64,000 bases of DNA. Source: a virus. The stretch spans positions 8,075-72,074 of IMG/VR virus record IMGVR_UViG_3300027736_000041. One strand, given 5' to 3'. Made by a program: the position numbers and the translations under genes. Positions 45,565 to 56,526 of the stretch are shown piece by piece. Positions within the stretch are counted from its first letter, which is position 1. The number at the start of each line of letters is the position of its first letter. The notes under the pieces were generated by a model, which saw nothing but the letters and a program-made list of their open reading frames with translations, made no database searches and was not told the DNA's origin.

Positions 45565-48096
45565 ATGGCAATGACAATGGCAAATGATGGAATATTCAAA
45601 CTAAGGAAACAAGAAGACCTTGTTGCCTCAATGGTTAACTACATGGCGTCACATACCACAAGAATTAATGACTTTAATCAAGGAAGCATAGTGCGGTCAT
45701 TAATCGAAGCGGTATCACAAGAAATTTTTAGACAAAATGTCAGTTTTGCTCAAGGCATAACAGATAGTGTGCGCACGTCTATCAAGCAAGCGTTTGGACT
45801 TCCCCTACTTGACGCAGTACGTGCGTATGGACAATTCACATTTTATCGCAAAATGCTGGATGCGCCATCAAACGTGGCAGTGACGTATGCCGCTGTTAAT
45901 GGAAACAGGTTGGTCAGAGCAACGTTTTCAGGCAAAACGTCAAGCGGTACAAGCGGATTAAGTGCGGGAACTTATTATTACAGTATTACTCCAGTGTTCT
46001 CCACAGGAGAGCAACTCGGCAGCGATCCTGTGAGTGGAAAAATGATTCTTGTGAGTCCGCAAACGATAACACTCACATGGGTGGCTGTGACTAATGCAAC
46101 GGGATACAAGATATACAGAGCCGACAACGCATACATGATGAATGCAGTTTCTGTATCCATTGGCAGTGGAGCGACAGTAACATTTACTGATTCGGGTTCC
46201 AATTTTACAACGTATCGTATTTGGCCGGGAACTGAGTACACATGGGGCGTAACAGCGAGAAATCTGACCAATAGTGCAGCAGCAGAGACACTTGGCGGAT
46301 ATGTACGCTCGACTCCCACATTAAACACCGCATATATTACGTGGTCACCATCAGTATCTGGAGATACAGCATCGAGACCTTTGGCCTATAAGATTTATCG
46401 CAGCGTAATTAATTATTCACTGACTATTCCATCTGGGGCAACTGTTGTGCAAACCAGCAATAGTGCTAGCACTGGACTTACTATAGAAACAACATATTAT
46501 TACAGCATTTCTTGTTTGACAAATAGCGGCGAAAGTCTAGGATCAATTCCAGTGTCTGTCACGGCTGCATCCACCCTGCGTAGCGCGACAATTGGCTGGG
46601 ACTCAATGACCAATAATATTGGATTTAGGATTTATCGTGCTACAAATAGTGCCATGACCGCGAATCTCGTCTATAAAGACATAATTGACCCGACGACAGT
46701 TTCATTTGTCGATACAAATTTGACAATTGTTAATGTTGCAAATAGATGGACCGAATCATTCTATATTGGAGAAGTATCCAGTCAGACACAAGTAGGCACA
46801 CAATTTGTGTGGCAAGCAGTTGATTCGGGCATTGGCGGTGCTTCATCTGATCAGGGAACTGGAGGCACTATTGGGACGTGGCCGAGACTTGCGACTGCTT
46901 TTGGAGTGCAGGGAGATATTTCAATTGGTGCCGGAACAAGAGTAGGAGTGTTCGGAACGTCTCGGACGTATGAGGTTCCGTATCAACAGGTATTGCCTGA
47001 AGCGTCAAACGAGGCAACAACGACAATTATTTCAACCTCATATGGAACAGTTGGAAATACTCCTGCAAATACCATACAAAATTTATTGACAACGATTTAT
47101 GGAATTTCTTCTGGAAATAATCCTCAAGCAATTGTTAATGGAGCAGAAATAGAAACTGAAGAAGAGTGGAGAATTCGATTTGGAAAAATCATTCGCGATT
47201 TGGCACGAGGAACCGCATACTCAATTGGTGCGGGAGCGCAAACAGTTCGATTATATGATGGCAATGGATTTATTGTTGAACAAGTGACAAAAGCCATTCC
47301 AATAGAAACATCGGCGCAAGTTGTTACACTATATATTCATAACGGCACATCAACTGGAAGCAGTCAAACATTAATTGACAAAACACAGAACACTATTGAT
47401 GGGTATGTAGACGAACAGGGAAACAAATATCCGGGATATAAGCCTGCAGGAATTCCCGTCACTGTTGCAGGGGCAACTACGCAAACACAAGATGTGTATG
47501 TTTATGCAACTACATTGTCGGGATATTCATTGTTAATTGTTAGAACATCTATTAAATACGCTATTGCAAATTATTTTGACTCATTAGATATTAGCGACGG
47601 ATTTCAAGTTCCAGCAATTCAAACGGTATCGGCTAACGCCCCCACTGGAAACGTCTATTATCAATATCAAATTGTTGCAACTGACTCAAATGGAAACAAA
47701 TCAATTCCTTCTGCTCCATATTCAATTACCAATGGAGCAGCAATTGCCAATAATACTATAACTTGGACAAGAAATACCACTGGCCCAACAATTGTTTCGT
47801 ATGATATATTGCGATGGGACGAAGCAGCTTCTTCATGGGGATATTTGGAGACTGTCAAATATTCTGGGTCAAATTCCATGAGTTACATAGACACAAAAAG
47901 TTCGACATTGTATTATACGTTTACGTCGCCAATTACAAAAGCATTTAACAAATCGTCTCTTATTCAGGCAATCATGGCCACACCGGGAATGGCGTCCGTA
48001 AAAATAAATGTCTTTGATTCAAATAACGCAGATCAAGAAATTATTGTTCCATTAACAGGAAAAATTCTTGTTTGTGGATCAATTATATTGAGATAA
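45565..48096 (+). CDS. baseplate J-like wedge protein with inserted FN3-like domains
   Basis: INDFNQGSIVRSLIEAV, G..GN..ANTI, NGAEIETEEEWRIRF....LARGT and GYKPAGI motifs. Confidence 0.85.
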   Translation: MAMTMANDGIFKLRKQEDLVASMVNYMASHTTRINDFNQGSIVRSLIEAVSQEIFRQNVSFAQGITDSVRTSIKQAFGLPLLDAVRAYGQFTFYRKMLDAPSNVAVTYAAVNGNRLVRATFSGKTSSGTSGLSAGTYYYSITPVFSTGEQLGSDPVSGKMILVSPQTITLTWVAVTNATGYKIYRADNAYMMNAVSVSIGSGATVTFTDSGSNFTTYRIWPGTEYTWGVTARNLTNSAAAETLGGYVRSTPTLNTAYITWSPSVSGDTASRPLAYKIYRSVINYSLTIPSGATVVQTSNSASTGLTIETTYYYSISCLTNSGESLGSIPVSVTAASTLRSATIGWDSMTNNIGFRIYRATNSAMTANLVYKDIIDPTTVSFVDTNLTIVNVANRWTESFYIGEVSSQTQVGTQFVWQAVDSGIGGASSDQGTGGTIGTWPRLATAFGVQGDISIGAGTRVGVFGTSRTYEVPYQQVLPEASNEATTTIISTSYGTVGNTPANTIQNLLTTIYGISSGNNPQAIVNGAEIETEEEWRIRFGKIIRDLARGTAYSIGAGAQTVRLYDGNGFIVEQVTKAIPIETSAQVVTLYIHNGTSTGSSQTLIDKTQNTIDGYVDEQGNKYPGYKPAGIPVTVAGATTQTQDVYVYATTLSGYSLLIVRTSIKYAIANYFDSLDISDGFQVPAIQTVSANAPTGNVYYQYQIVATDSNGNKSIPSAPYSITNGAAIANNTITWTRNTTGPTIVSYDILRWDEAASSWGYLETVKYSGSNSMSYIDTKSSTLYYTFTSPITKAFNKSSLIQAIMATPGMASVKINVFDSNNADQEIIVPLTGKILVCGSIILR

Positions 48097-48108
48097 AAGG
48101 GGTGTGCC

Positions 48109-49554
48109 TTGAATACGATTACGGCACTTCCGCCAAACACTAGCATATTGCAAAGATTATTGGATCAAATGCCAGATTCTTTTAATAAAGAACCTCTGGA
48201 GACTTCTGCAATAGTTTTTTACATTGATAGTTCAAAATGGAATGAAGCATTATCTGTTTCAATAATGATTTCCGATGGGAAATTATACGTATACTCTACA
48301 ATTACCGATATTTTTTCTGAAATTATAGAATTAAAACAACACACCATATTGTCGTTATGTACATATTTTATGGTCAAATATGACAACAAGGGCATTATGG
48401 CATATCCTTATGGAGAATTGCCAACGTCTGATCGCTCATTAATCTCCACAAGTCTTATTGAAGGTGTTGCGGAACTTACAAATAGCGTCACCATATGGCC
48501 CAAATTCAATAGTGTTAATTATGCATTCCTAATGCCTTTTGCTACGGCGCTTGCTGATTCACGACAAAATATGGAGTATTCATTGCGTCAGACTGATCAG
48601 CGACTGGCAGGTGGACAATGGGCTGATTTCTGGGGACATCTTCTTAATGTTGATCGATTAACTTCAGAAATTTTGGATGATATTGCGTACAGAAATCGCG
48701 TGCAAAGGCAAGTTGTTTATCCCAAAGTAAACAACGTAGCACTATCGTCATTGTTAAGTGGCTCGTTGTCAACAGACATTAACGTTCTGGACGGTGGATC
48801 GCCATTGGGACTTGCCAATTTGTCAGCAGACAAGGGGTTTGCCAGTACCGCATCGGCGATAAGCGCGGCATCGACAATTAGTCAGGGTTCAACCTCACTG
48901 GTGATTTCGGCTTCATCAGTAACAGGAACTCTTAAAACAGGACAAGTCATTGTTGCAACAGGCATTCCGACAGGAACTGTTCTGTTGACCGTTGGATCAA
49001 ATGTGTCGGGCAATATTACTTGTCTTATTAGTCAGCCAGCATTGACAACACAATCAAATATCGCAGCGTCATTTTATGCACAGTCATATCCAATTACATT
49101 GCCAATTGTAGGAAATGCGTTTGGATACGGAACCGTTGCAAATAATTCCAATCAATTGGTTATTGGAACATCCCCTTCTGTGCCGCAAGGATATTTCCGT
49201 TCGCTTGGCGCATCAGTGTTAAAAATATCAGGCACAAATATTCCTGACAATACAACAATTACAGTAAATGCAGGAAATAACGCAGAAGGCAAAAATGGCA
49301 CGTATGTCTTGAGCCAGACAATTTCCCCTCAAGTATCATCAACCCTTATAAAGGCCGTCGCGAATGGGTATACTATCGATGATCCGAATTTGGCATTTAC
49401 ATTAGGACCAAGTACAGGAGCAGGATCATTCGTGGTGTATGTCAATACACCTGATGGATCGTACACATTAACGCAACAAGAATATTCTCTTTTATACTCG
49501 TTAATAAATCAATGGAAACCAGCAGGAATATCATTTACTGTTCAAGTACAGTAG
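48109..49554 (+). CDS. baseplate wedge protein (P2 gpI-like, putative)
   Basis: GQWADFWG.LL.V.R...D..YR.R; C-terminal WKPAGI; TTG start with RBS AAGGGG. Confidence 0.6.
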   Translation: MNTITALPPNTSILQRLLDQMPDSFNKEPLETSAIVFYIDSSKWNEALSVSIMISDGKLYVYSTITDIFSEIIELKQHTILSLCTYFMVKYDNKGIMAYPYGELPTSDRSLISTSLIEGVAELTNSVTIWPKFNSVNYAFLMPFATALADSRQNMEYSLRQTDQRLAGGQWADFWGHLLNVDRLTSEILDDIAYRNRVQRQVVYPKVNNVALSSLLSGSLSTDINVLDGGSPLGLANLSADKGFASTASAISAASTISQGSTSLVISASSVTGTLKTGQVIVATGIPTGTVLLTVGSNVSGNITCLISQPALTTQSNIAASFYAQSYPITLPIVGNAFGYGTVANNSNQLVIGTSPSVPQGYFRSLGASVLKISGTNIPDNTTITVNAGNNAEGKNGTYVLSQTISPQVSSTLIKAVANGYTIDDPNLAFTLGPSTGAGSFVVYVNTPDGSYTLTQQEYSLLYSLINQWKPAGISFTVQVQ

Positions 49555-49569
49555 TAATGGAGCAAGAGA

Positions 49570-52500
49570 GTGAAGCCAGTTAATCCGACATTGGGAGCAA
49601 CGCCGTTACGGATCAGTAGAATTTCTTCAATTGACATTGGGAATAAGTCTTGGGATTCTGTGCTATTCCAGCAAGGAAAAAGCATTCTGGATTTTGACTT
49701 AAATGTCATGCAAAGAATTTCAAGAGAAAACGTGACGCAGCTATCTCGCTTGTTGGTGCGATCTGGATTTTTTACTATCAATAACATTTCTGTTGACGCA
49801 ACAACGGCAATTATTCCCGACTCTCGTGTGAATTTTTTTGGTTCCTACGTCAGAGTGGCGAGTCCGACTAATAGTCCAACGTATGCGACCAATGTGTCTA
49901 TTTCGCCAGCAGGCACTTCAACAACCAATGCTATTTTTCTTTGGTTGGAAATTTGGTTTCAAGAAGTTGTTCCAGATGGAATTGCTGAAACAGCAGATGG
50001 TTCAGCCGATCCAACTGCACAACAAAAAGCCTCCGATGTCCGTTATTATGGAGGAGAAACCAATGCCACACTTGTCAATGAGTTAAAAGACACGAGTTTT
50101 GGTGCTGAAACAACTCGACGTATCCAAGCTCGATGGAGAATACGGCAAACCACAGGTGTCAATACGACGCTTCATAGCAAAGGGTTTGCAGACGTTTCTG
50201 GCTCAACTGTCACTCCAAATCTATCGGTCCTTGCTCAAGGAGGAAAAACTGCTTCACAAAGCGGACGTTATTTCAGGCGTGCCGATCAAACCAATGTTGT
50301 GAACTCGATAAATCTTAACTTGGAGTTCAACATTGAAGGCGATACAAATCTTTTTATTGCCGGAGACGGCACTGCTGCAGACGCATTGCTACTCAACACC
50401 GTTGATGGTCGCGTGTATGGCATTCCCATTGGATACGTGTATCTGGATGCAGGCAATGCGTTTTTTGCGGATTTGCGAGATGCTGTATCTTCAGTGGCGT
50501 CACCAACCGCATTGACAACGGGTGGAGCGGCAACGATTGGAGCTGGCCTAGCACGCGCCGTGGTGATCGCTGGCGGAGCAACAGATGCGTCGATTGCCAC
50601 GACATCACCCAATAGTGGCCAGAGTTCAGTGCCGTTGTATATACGCACGCTTGGTAATGCGCCAATCATTACCAAGACCATTCAGCAAGACTCGGCAGGC
50701 ACATCAGCAAATCCAGTTTATTCATGGTCTGGTGATACCAACACTGGTTTGTATCAATACGGAACAGGTGTTCTGGGAATTACCGCCGGAGGTACTGGTG
50801 CAGCAGCTATCAGTTCGACCATTGCGCGATTTGTGTCTGACCTCGGCGCAGGAGGAGACCTTGGTGCAGGGCTTCCAGTTGGAGTATTGCCAACTGCCGG
50901 GTTAGATGTATTTGCGGGCGGAGCCACAATTCGGGCATTGTCCAATCCGACCATTTCTACCGTAACGAATGCCGCTACTTCTACATCGACATCGTATTCG
51001 TACCGCGTTGTTGCTGTTGACCGTAATGGAAACAAGACTGCTCCTTCTGCGGTGTTTACTTTAAGTACCGGACCAACTACTCTGAGTAACACTGTCTATA
51101 ATGTCATCACTTGGGCCTCAGTAACCAATGCGTATACGTATGATGTGCTGAAGTATGATTCAAGCACCAGTTCTTACAAACAGTTGGCCACAGGAATTAC
51201 TGCCACAACATACAATGACACTGGCACGGCCCTGTCCAACTACACCATTCCAACGCAGAATGGCACCGCAAATCTCAATGTTGATGGAGCCGTCACAATT
51301 GGTCTGGGAACAACGATCACTGCTGGAGGATTGATCGTCACAGCGGGTGGTGCAACAATTTCGGCAGGTGGTGCAACAATTACCGGAAATTCCGCTATTA
51401 CGGGATCATTGGGAATTAGTGCCGGATTATCCGTGACCAACACAGGGGCGACCATTATTGGAAACAACGCAGACACCTCCGTCTTGACGCTGAAGCCTTA
51501 CGCCGCGAATGCGGATGGACGCATGGATATTGTTGCGTGGTCTTCTGCTCCGGGAACGACCAATCATTCCGCCGTTCTTCGTTTGCTCAAGAACAACAAT
51601 GGGACAACATCTGAACGGTGGCGATTGTCATCGACAACAACCGTTGAAGGCGGAACAAATGCAGGTTCCAATTTCTCCATTGATGCATATGGAGACACCG
51701 GGACACTGATTGGCAATGCGCTTACCATTACGAGATCAAGTCGAGCGATCACCATTCCCGGAGCGCTTACCGCATCTGGAGGTGGCACGCTTAATGGAAC
51801 ATTTGCGGTTACCGCATCAACGGGAAATATCACTGGAACTATAGATGCCTTGGCTCGACACACGGTCATGGTCAGTGGTACATCGTATGGCACTCGACGA
51901 TCCATCAACCTCATTCCGAGCGGAATGACGATTGTTGCAGTAGACAATTCATCAACCGAGTCGGTTGATGTCACCTTGACAGTCACGCCATTGACGTACA
52001 GCGATACCGAATCCAGTCCTGCTGCGCCATCTTCCACTCCCGGTGATAGCGTAGCTGCGGGAACAAGCACATATCCGGCTCGACGAGATCACAAGCATGC
52101 ACGAGCCGATGCGTATTCCACAACAGTGACAAACGTGTCTTCTACGGCAGTTGTTGGTACTGCGTCAGCCGTCTCCAGAGGAGATCATACGCACGGATAT
52201 GGCGGATATTTACCTGCAATCGGTGTCACTGCGGCAATTCAGACCGCAGAAGCAATCAGTCTTGATGTCTATGGTGCCAATAGCAATGCAGGATTGGCTG
52301 GTGTATTGGCTGTTCGTGACACTACGGCAATGGCCGCAGGTGTCGGAGGGCGAATTGTCTTTGGGGGATACGCTGGAGCCACAACTGCGTATACAGCATG
52401 GGCGGGCATCAGCGGGCAAAAACTCAACGGTACTGCTGCCAACAATGCGGGATACCTGAGCCTCTGGTCGAGGGTTTCCGGTGGCGCGACCATGACAGAA

Positions 52501-55500
52501 TTTTTCCGCGGATATGATACCGGTGGAGTCTACATCGGTGTAAGTGCGTACACTGATCCCGGAGCGAATAATCTCAAGGTAAGCGGCAATATTGTTGCAA
52601 CCAAATACAACAATGTGACCATCACTACTCCGGCGACTGGATCCACCATCACTATTGATGAGGGCAAGACATTCCGCGTCAGCAATACCATGACGTTTAC
52701 GGCCGGAGCGGAGTCGCAATCGTTTGCCTTTCCTGCCGCTGGAGATACGGTTGTCACTCTTGGGGCAACGCAAACCTTGACTGCAAAGACCCTCACGAGC
52801 CCGACTATCAACGGTGGGACGCATACGGCTGTCACAGGGTTTTCATTGCGCTCAACCAATGCGGCTCCTTACAACCTGACTTTTGCCACTTCTGATGCAA
52901 TGGGTGCCGATAGGACAATTACTTTTGCGGCCGGGGGAGCAGACCGGACCATTACACTTGCTGGAAATGTCACGACAACAGGAGCATTCAGCACAAGCGG
53001 AACATTTGCGATCACGCTTACCTCTACAGCAACGACAAATGTTACGTTACCTACGACAGGGACGCTTGCCACGCTCGCGGGTACCGAAACATTCACGAAC
53101 AAGACGTTTACGTCACCCACGCTTACCGCTCCCGCACTCGGTGTTGCTACGGCAACGTCGATCAATGGACTGGCAATCACCACAACTACTGGAACGTTGA
53201 CCATTACCAATGCCAAAACGCTCTCGGTTAGTAACTCCATAACGCTTGCAGCCACAACGGATGCAAAAACATTTACGTTTCCGGGTTCCATCAACGATGA
53301 GGTAGTGCTTCTGACAGCCACACAGACGTTGTCGAACAAGACGTTCACAACACCATCTCTTGGCGCAGCGACTGCAACAACCGTCAATGGAGTGTATGTA
53401 GGCACAGGAGGAAATGCTACCAATGGCACCGCCTTGGGCAAGACCTCTGGAAACTTGACGGGCGCAAACAACACTGCAATTGGTTTTGAATCTCAGTTGC
53501 AAGGCACAGGCGCAACAGGAGAGAAGAATACGTCCGTTGGTTCAGTTACTTTGCGATCACTTCTGATTGGCTCAAACAACACTGCAATTGGGTATTCTGC
53601 GGCGACTTCTCACACTGCATCAAATGCAACAGCGGTTGGATCACAAGCACTATTGAGCAGCACAACGGGAGATGCAAACACTGCCGTTGGTACAAATAGT
53701 CTTCGAAGTGTTACTACAGCAGCAAATAATACTTCTATTGGTTTTCAAGCATTGTATTCTGCAGTTACAACAGGGACAAATACCGCAGTAGGATCAAATG
53801 CCTTGTATGCCACTACTGGAGCAGGAAATGTTGCTCTGGGATATTTTGCCGGAAAATATGAAACGGCAAGCAATTCATTCTATGTAGACAATCAAGATCG
53901 CACAGATACAGCGGGAGATAAAGCAAAAGCATTATTGTATGGAATATTTGATGCAACTGCGGCAAATCAAACACTCAAAATTAACGCAGGAACAGTTACT
54001 GTTCTTGGAACAATCAACGGTTTGACATTGACTGCTGCAAGCACAGGATTCACCATTGCTGGTGGAACCACATCCAAGACCCTCACTGTTTCAAATACCA
54101 TGACGTTTACGGCTGGAGCAGATGCGCAAACTTTTGCGTTCCCTGCCGCTGGAGATACGGTGGTAACTCTTGGGGCAACGCAAACCCTTACTGGAAAGAC
54201 ATTGACTTCTCCAGTAATCAATACTGGCATTACGCTGAATGCAACGACAACACCGGGAGCTGGTCCCGGAGCAAACAAGATATTCCTGTATGTCAAGTCA
54301 GATGGAAATCTGTACTATCAAGCAGGAACTAGCTCTGGTGAAATTGCGCTCACTTCGTCCACGCCCGGATTTACTGCAACCGACGAAGGGTTGGTATTAA
54401 CAGGATCGGGCGGCGGCGGCGGAGGAGGAGGCGGCGCAACCTCATCGTCGGCGAATACATGGACTGCTCCGCAAACATTTTCTCAAAATGCACCAATCAT
54501 ATTAACTGATATGACGGCAGCACCCACACCTCCGGGTACTGGCTTGACAGAAATCTATGCTATTGGCGGGGCTGTCTACTATCGCTCAGGAACAACCGGA
54601 AACTCTACAGTGATCGGTGGGGGAACTGGCGCAAATACAGGCGTTGCGAATACATTCAGTGCATTACAGACTTTCGGCGCTGCCATTGCAGTCACTGGCA
54701 ACTCTACAGTAGTGGGAACGCTTACCGGATTGACTGGACTGACCGTTGCTTCTGGAGGAGCGTCCATTACGGGCAATTCAACAATAACTGGCACGTTGAG
54801 TGGGTTGACGGGATTGACCGTTGGTAGCGGCGGATCATCAGTAATTGGAGATAGCAGTCATCAGACAAATGTTGCAAGAACAACTGCGTTTACTTCTTTG
54901 ATTGTAAATGTAACCGACACAAGTTCAACTGCTAGCATCATGAAAACTGGTGTGTCAATTAACAGTACTGGCACTTGGAATGGATCAAGTGCAGTCAATC
55001 GGGCCTTGTATGTCACCGCAACTGGTGGAACTACTAATTATGCGGCAATTTTTGAAGCAGGATCAGTTGGTATCGGTACAACAACGCCGACTGCCTCGTT
55101 GCATTTGGCATCTGGAGTTTCTAAATTTGGCAGCACAAACACTTATACAAGCACTACTTCTCATGTATTTGCCAATTCAATAGCAATTGAAGCATCTGCT
55201 GGCGGAACATTTGCCATTAATTCATACTATGACTCTACGGCATGGAAATATGCCGGAAACGGTTTTGCGTGGCTTATTCAGGAAAATAGCGGAAGCCTTG
55301 TCTTTACCACGGCGGCAAGCAATGCTGGCGGTCACGGTGCGGCAACGAGTTTTTCAGAACGCATGCGCATTTATTCAGATGGAACAGTAGGTATCGGTGT
55401 CGCCCTTCCTACCGTCAAATTGGATGTTGCGGGTGCAGGAAAATTTTCCACAGGAATGACGGTGTCTGCCAATGGGATTACGGTTACAGGTAACTCCACA

Positions 55501-56133
55501 ATCACCGGAACGCTTGGCGGTCTCACTGGATTAACGGTAGCCAGTGGTGGCATTACCGTCACAGGGAACTCCACAATCACGGGAACACTTGGCGGTCTCA
55601 CTGGATTAACGGTAGCCAGTGGTGGCATTACCGTCACAGGTAACTCCACAATCACCGGAACGCTTGGCGGTCTTACTGGACTAACGGTCGCAAGCGGTGG
55701 AATTACGGTTACCACAGGAGGCGCTACAGTCAGCGCAGGCGGAATTACCGTCACGGGCAACTCCACAATCACCGGAACGCTTGGCGGTCTCACTGGATTA
55801 ACGGTAGCCAGTGGTGGCATTACCGTCACAGGGAACTCCACAATCACGGGAACACTTGGCGGTCTCACTGGGCTCACGGTTGCCAGTGGTGGCATTACCG
55901 TCACAGGGAACTCCACAATCACGGGAACATTGCGCTTGAATGGAGCAACTTCAAACTACACAATTATCAAGGCAGCCGATACAAGTTCCAACGTAACGTA
56001 CACATTGCCTAGTGGTAGTCCAACCGCAGGGCAATATTTACAATCTGCTGCAAACGGCGATTTAACGTGGGCTACAATCACCATTCCAGAGACGGTGAAC
56101 TACGCGCGTTCGTTTTTATTCATGGGAGTATAA
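49570..56133 (+). CDS. long main tail fibre (2187 aa)
   Basis: Baseplate-anchor N-terminus (VLFQQGK.ILD.DLN; WLEIW; GAETTRRIQ.RW; TVDGRVYGIP), NTAVG beta-roll repeats, TQTLT.KT and ERMRI...G.VGIG fibre motifs. Confidence 0.85.
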   Translation: MKPVNPTLGATPLRISRISSIDIGNKSWDSVLFQQGKSILDFDLNVMQRISRENVTQLSRLLVRSGFFTINNISVDATTAIIPDSRVNFFGSYVRVASPTNSPTYATNVSISPAGTSTTNAIFLWLEIWFQEVVPDGIAETADGSADPTAQQKASDVRYYGGETNATLVNELKDTSFGAETTRRIQARWRIRQTTGVNTTLHSKGFADVSGSTVTPNLSVLAQGGKTASQSGRYFRRADQTNVVNSINLNLEFNIEGDTNLFIAGDGTAADALLLNTVDGRVYGIPIGYVYLDAGNAFFADLRDAVSSVASPTALTTGGAATIGAGLARAVVIAGGATDASIATTSPNSGQSSVPLYIRTLGNAPIITKTIQQDSAGTSANPVYSWSGDTNTGLYQYGTGVLGITAGGTGAAAISSTIARFVSDLGAGGDLGAGLPVGVLPTAGLDVFAGGATIRALSNPTISTVTNAATSTSTSYSYRVVAVDRNGNKTAPSAVFTLSTGPTTLSNTVYNVITWASVTNAYTYDVLKYDSSTSSYKQLATGITATTYNDTGTALSNYTIPTQNGTANLNVDGAVTIGLGTTITAGGLIVTAGGATISAGGATITGNSAITGSLGISAGLSVTNTGATIIGNNADTSVLTLKPYAANADGRMDIVAWSSAPGTTNHSAVLRLLKNNNGTTSERWRLSSTTTVEGGTNAGSNFSIDAYGDTGTLIGNALTITRSSRAITIPGALTASGGGTLNGTFAVTASTGNITGTIDALARHTVMVSGTSYGTRRSINLIPSGMTIVAVDNSSTESVDVTLTVTPLTYSDTESSPAAPSSTPGDSVAAGTSTYPARRDHKHARADAYSTTVTNVSSTAVVGTASAVSRGDHTHGYGGYLPAIGVTAAIQTAEAISLDVYGANSNAGLAGVLAVRDTTAMAAGVGGRIVFGGYAGATTAYTAWAGISGQKLNGTAANNAGYLSLWSRVSGGATMTEFFRGYDTGGVYIGVSAYTDPGANNLKVSGNIVATKYNNVTITTPATGSTITIDEGKTFRVSNTMTFTAGAESQSFAFPAAGDTVVTLGATQTLTAKTLTSPTINGGTHTAVTGFSLRSTNAAPYNLTFATSDAMGADRTITFAAGGADRTITLAGNVTTTGAFSTSGTFAITLTSTATTNVTLPTTGTLATLAGTETFTNKTFTSPTLTAPALGVATATSINGLAITTTTGTLTITNAKTLSVSNSITLAATTDAKTFTFPGSINDEVVLLTATQTLSNKTFTTPSLGAATATTVNGVYVGTGGNATNGTALGKTSGNLTGANNTAIGFESQLQGTGATGEKNTSVGSVTLRSLLIGSNNTAIGYSAATSHTASNATAVGSQALLSSTTGDANTAVGTNSLRSVTTAANNTSIGFQALYSAVTTGTNTAVGSNALYATTGAGNVALGYFAGKYETASNSFYVDNQDRTDTAGDKAKALLYGIFDATAANQTLKINAGTVTVLGTINGLTLTAASTGFTIAGGTTSKTLTVSNTMTFTAGADAQTFAFPAAGDTVVTLGATQTLTGKTLTSPVINTGITLNATTTPGAGPGANKIFLYVKSDGNLYYQAGTSSGEIALTSSTPGFTATDEGLVLTGSGGGGGGGGGATSSSANTWTAPQTFSQNAPIILTDMTAAPTPPGTGLTEIYAIGGAVYYRSGTTGNSTVIGGGTGANTGVANTFSALQTFGAAIAVTGNSTVVGTLTGLTGLTVASGGASITGNSTITGTLSGLTGLTVGSGGSSVIGDSSHQTNVARTTAFTSLIVNVTDTSSTASIMKTGVSINSTGTWNGSSAVNRALYVTATGGTTNYAAIFEAGSVGIGTTTPTASLHLASGVSKFGSTNTYTSTTSHVFANSIAIEASAGGTFAINSYYDSTAWKYAGNGFAWLIQENSGSLVFTTAASNAGGHGAATSFSERMRIYSDGTVGIGVALPTVKLDVAGAGKFSTGMTVSANGITVTGNSTITGTLGGLTGLTVASGGITVTGNSTITGTLGGLTGLTVASGGITVTGNSTITGTLGGLTGLTVASGGITVTTGGATVSAGGITVTGNSTITGTLGGLTGLTVASGGITVTGNSTITGTLGGLTGLTVASGGITVTGNSTITGTLRLNGATSNYTIIKAADTSSNVTYTLPSGSPTAGQYLQSAANGDLTWATITIPETVNYARSFLFMGV
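55474..55930 (+). repeat. 75-bp tandem repeats (GITVTGNSTITGTLGGLTGLTVASG)
   Basis: NST codons at 55492, 55567, 55642, 55759, 55834 and 55909. Confidence 0.9.
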
Positions 56134-56175
56134 TATAAATTATGTATAATACATATACCGGGAAGGAAATCTACA

Positions 56176-56526
56176 ATGGCTGAGGCATACAAGGTACTAT
56201 GTCAAACCACAGCAACTACAACAAGTTATGCTATTGCAGGAACAACAGGGGCGCAGAATGTTTATACTCCTTCTGGGACATCTGCTACGATTGTCAGTAC
56301 TGTTGTGATTTGCAATAAGGGATCAACTGCAGCCACATATAGATTAGGCATTTCCACGACAACGGCTCATGCATTGAACGAGATGATTGTTGATGGCGGA
56401 ACGATTCCTGCGTATGATTCAGTGTTTTTGACACTAGGAATTACCATTCCTAATGGATCAAAATTATTGTTTAGCGCAAGTAGTACAAATATAAATATTT
56501 GCGCATTTGGTGTAGAGGTTTCGTAA
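56176..56526 (+). CDS. small adaptor-like protein, family copy 2
   Basis: YKVL...IVSTVVICN...YRL...FGVEVS. Confidence 0.75.
   Translation: MAEAYKVLCQTTATTTSYAIAGTTGAQNVYTPSGTSATIVSTVVICNKGSTAATYRLGISTTTAHALNEMIVDGGTIPAYDSVFLTLGITIPNGSKLLFSASSTNINICAFGVEVS

Noticed and set aside
30466-56133. Bacterial contractile injection system or tailocin
   Set aside because: Capsid, protease and scaffold genes are present, indicating a true phage.
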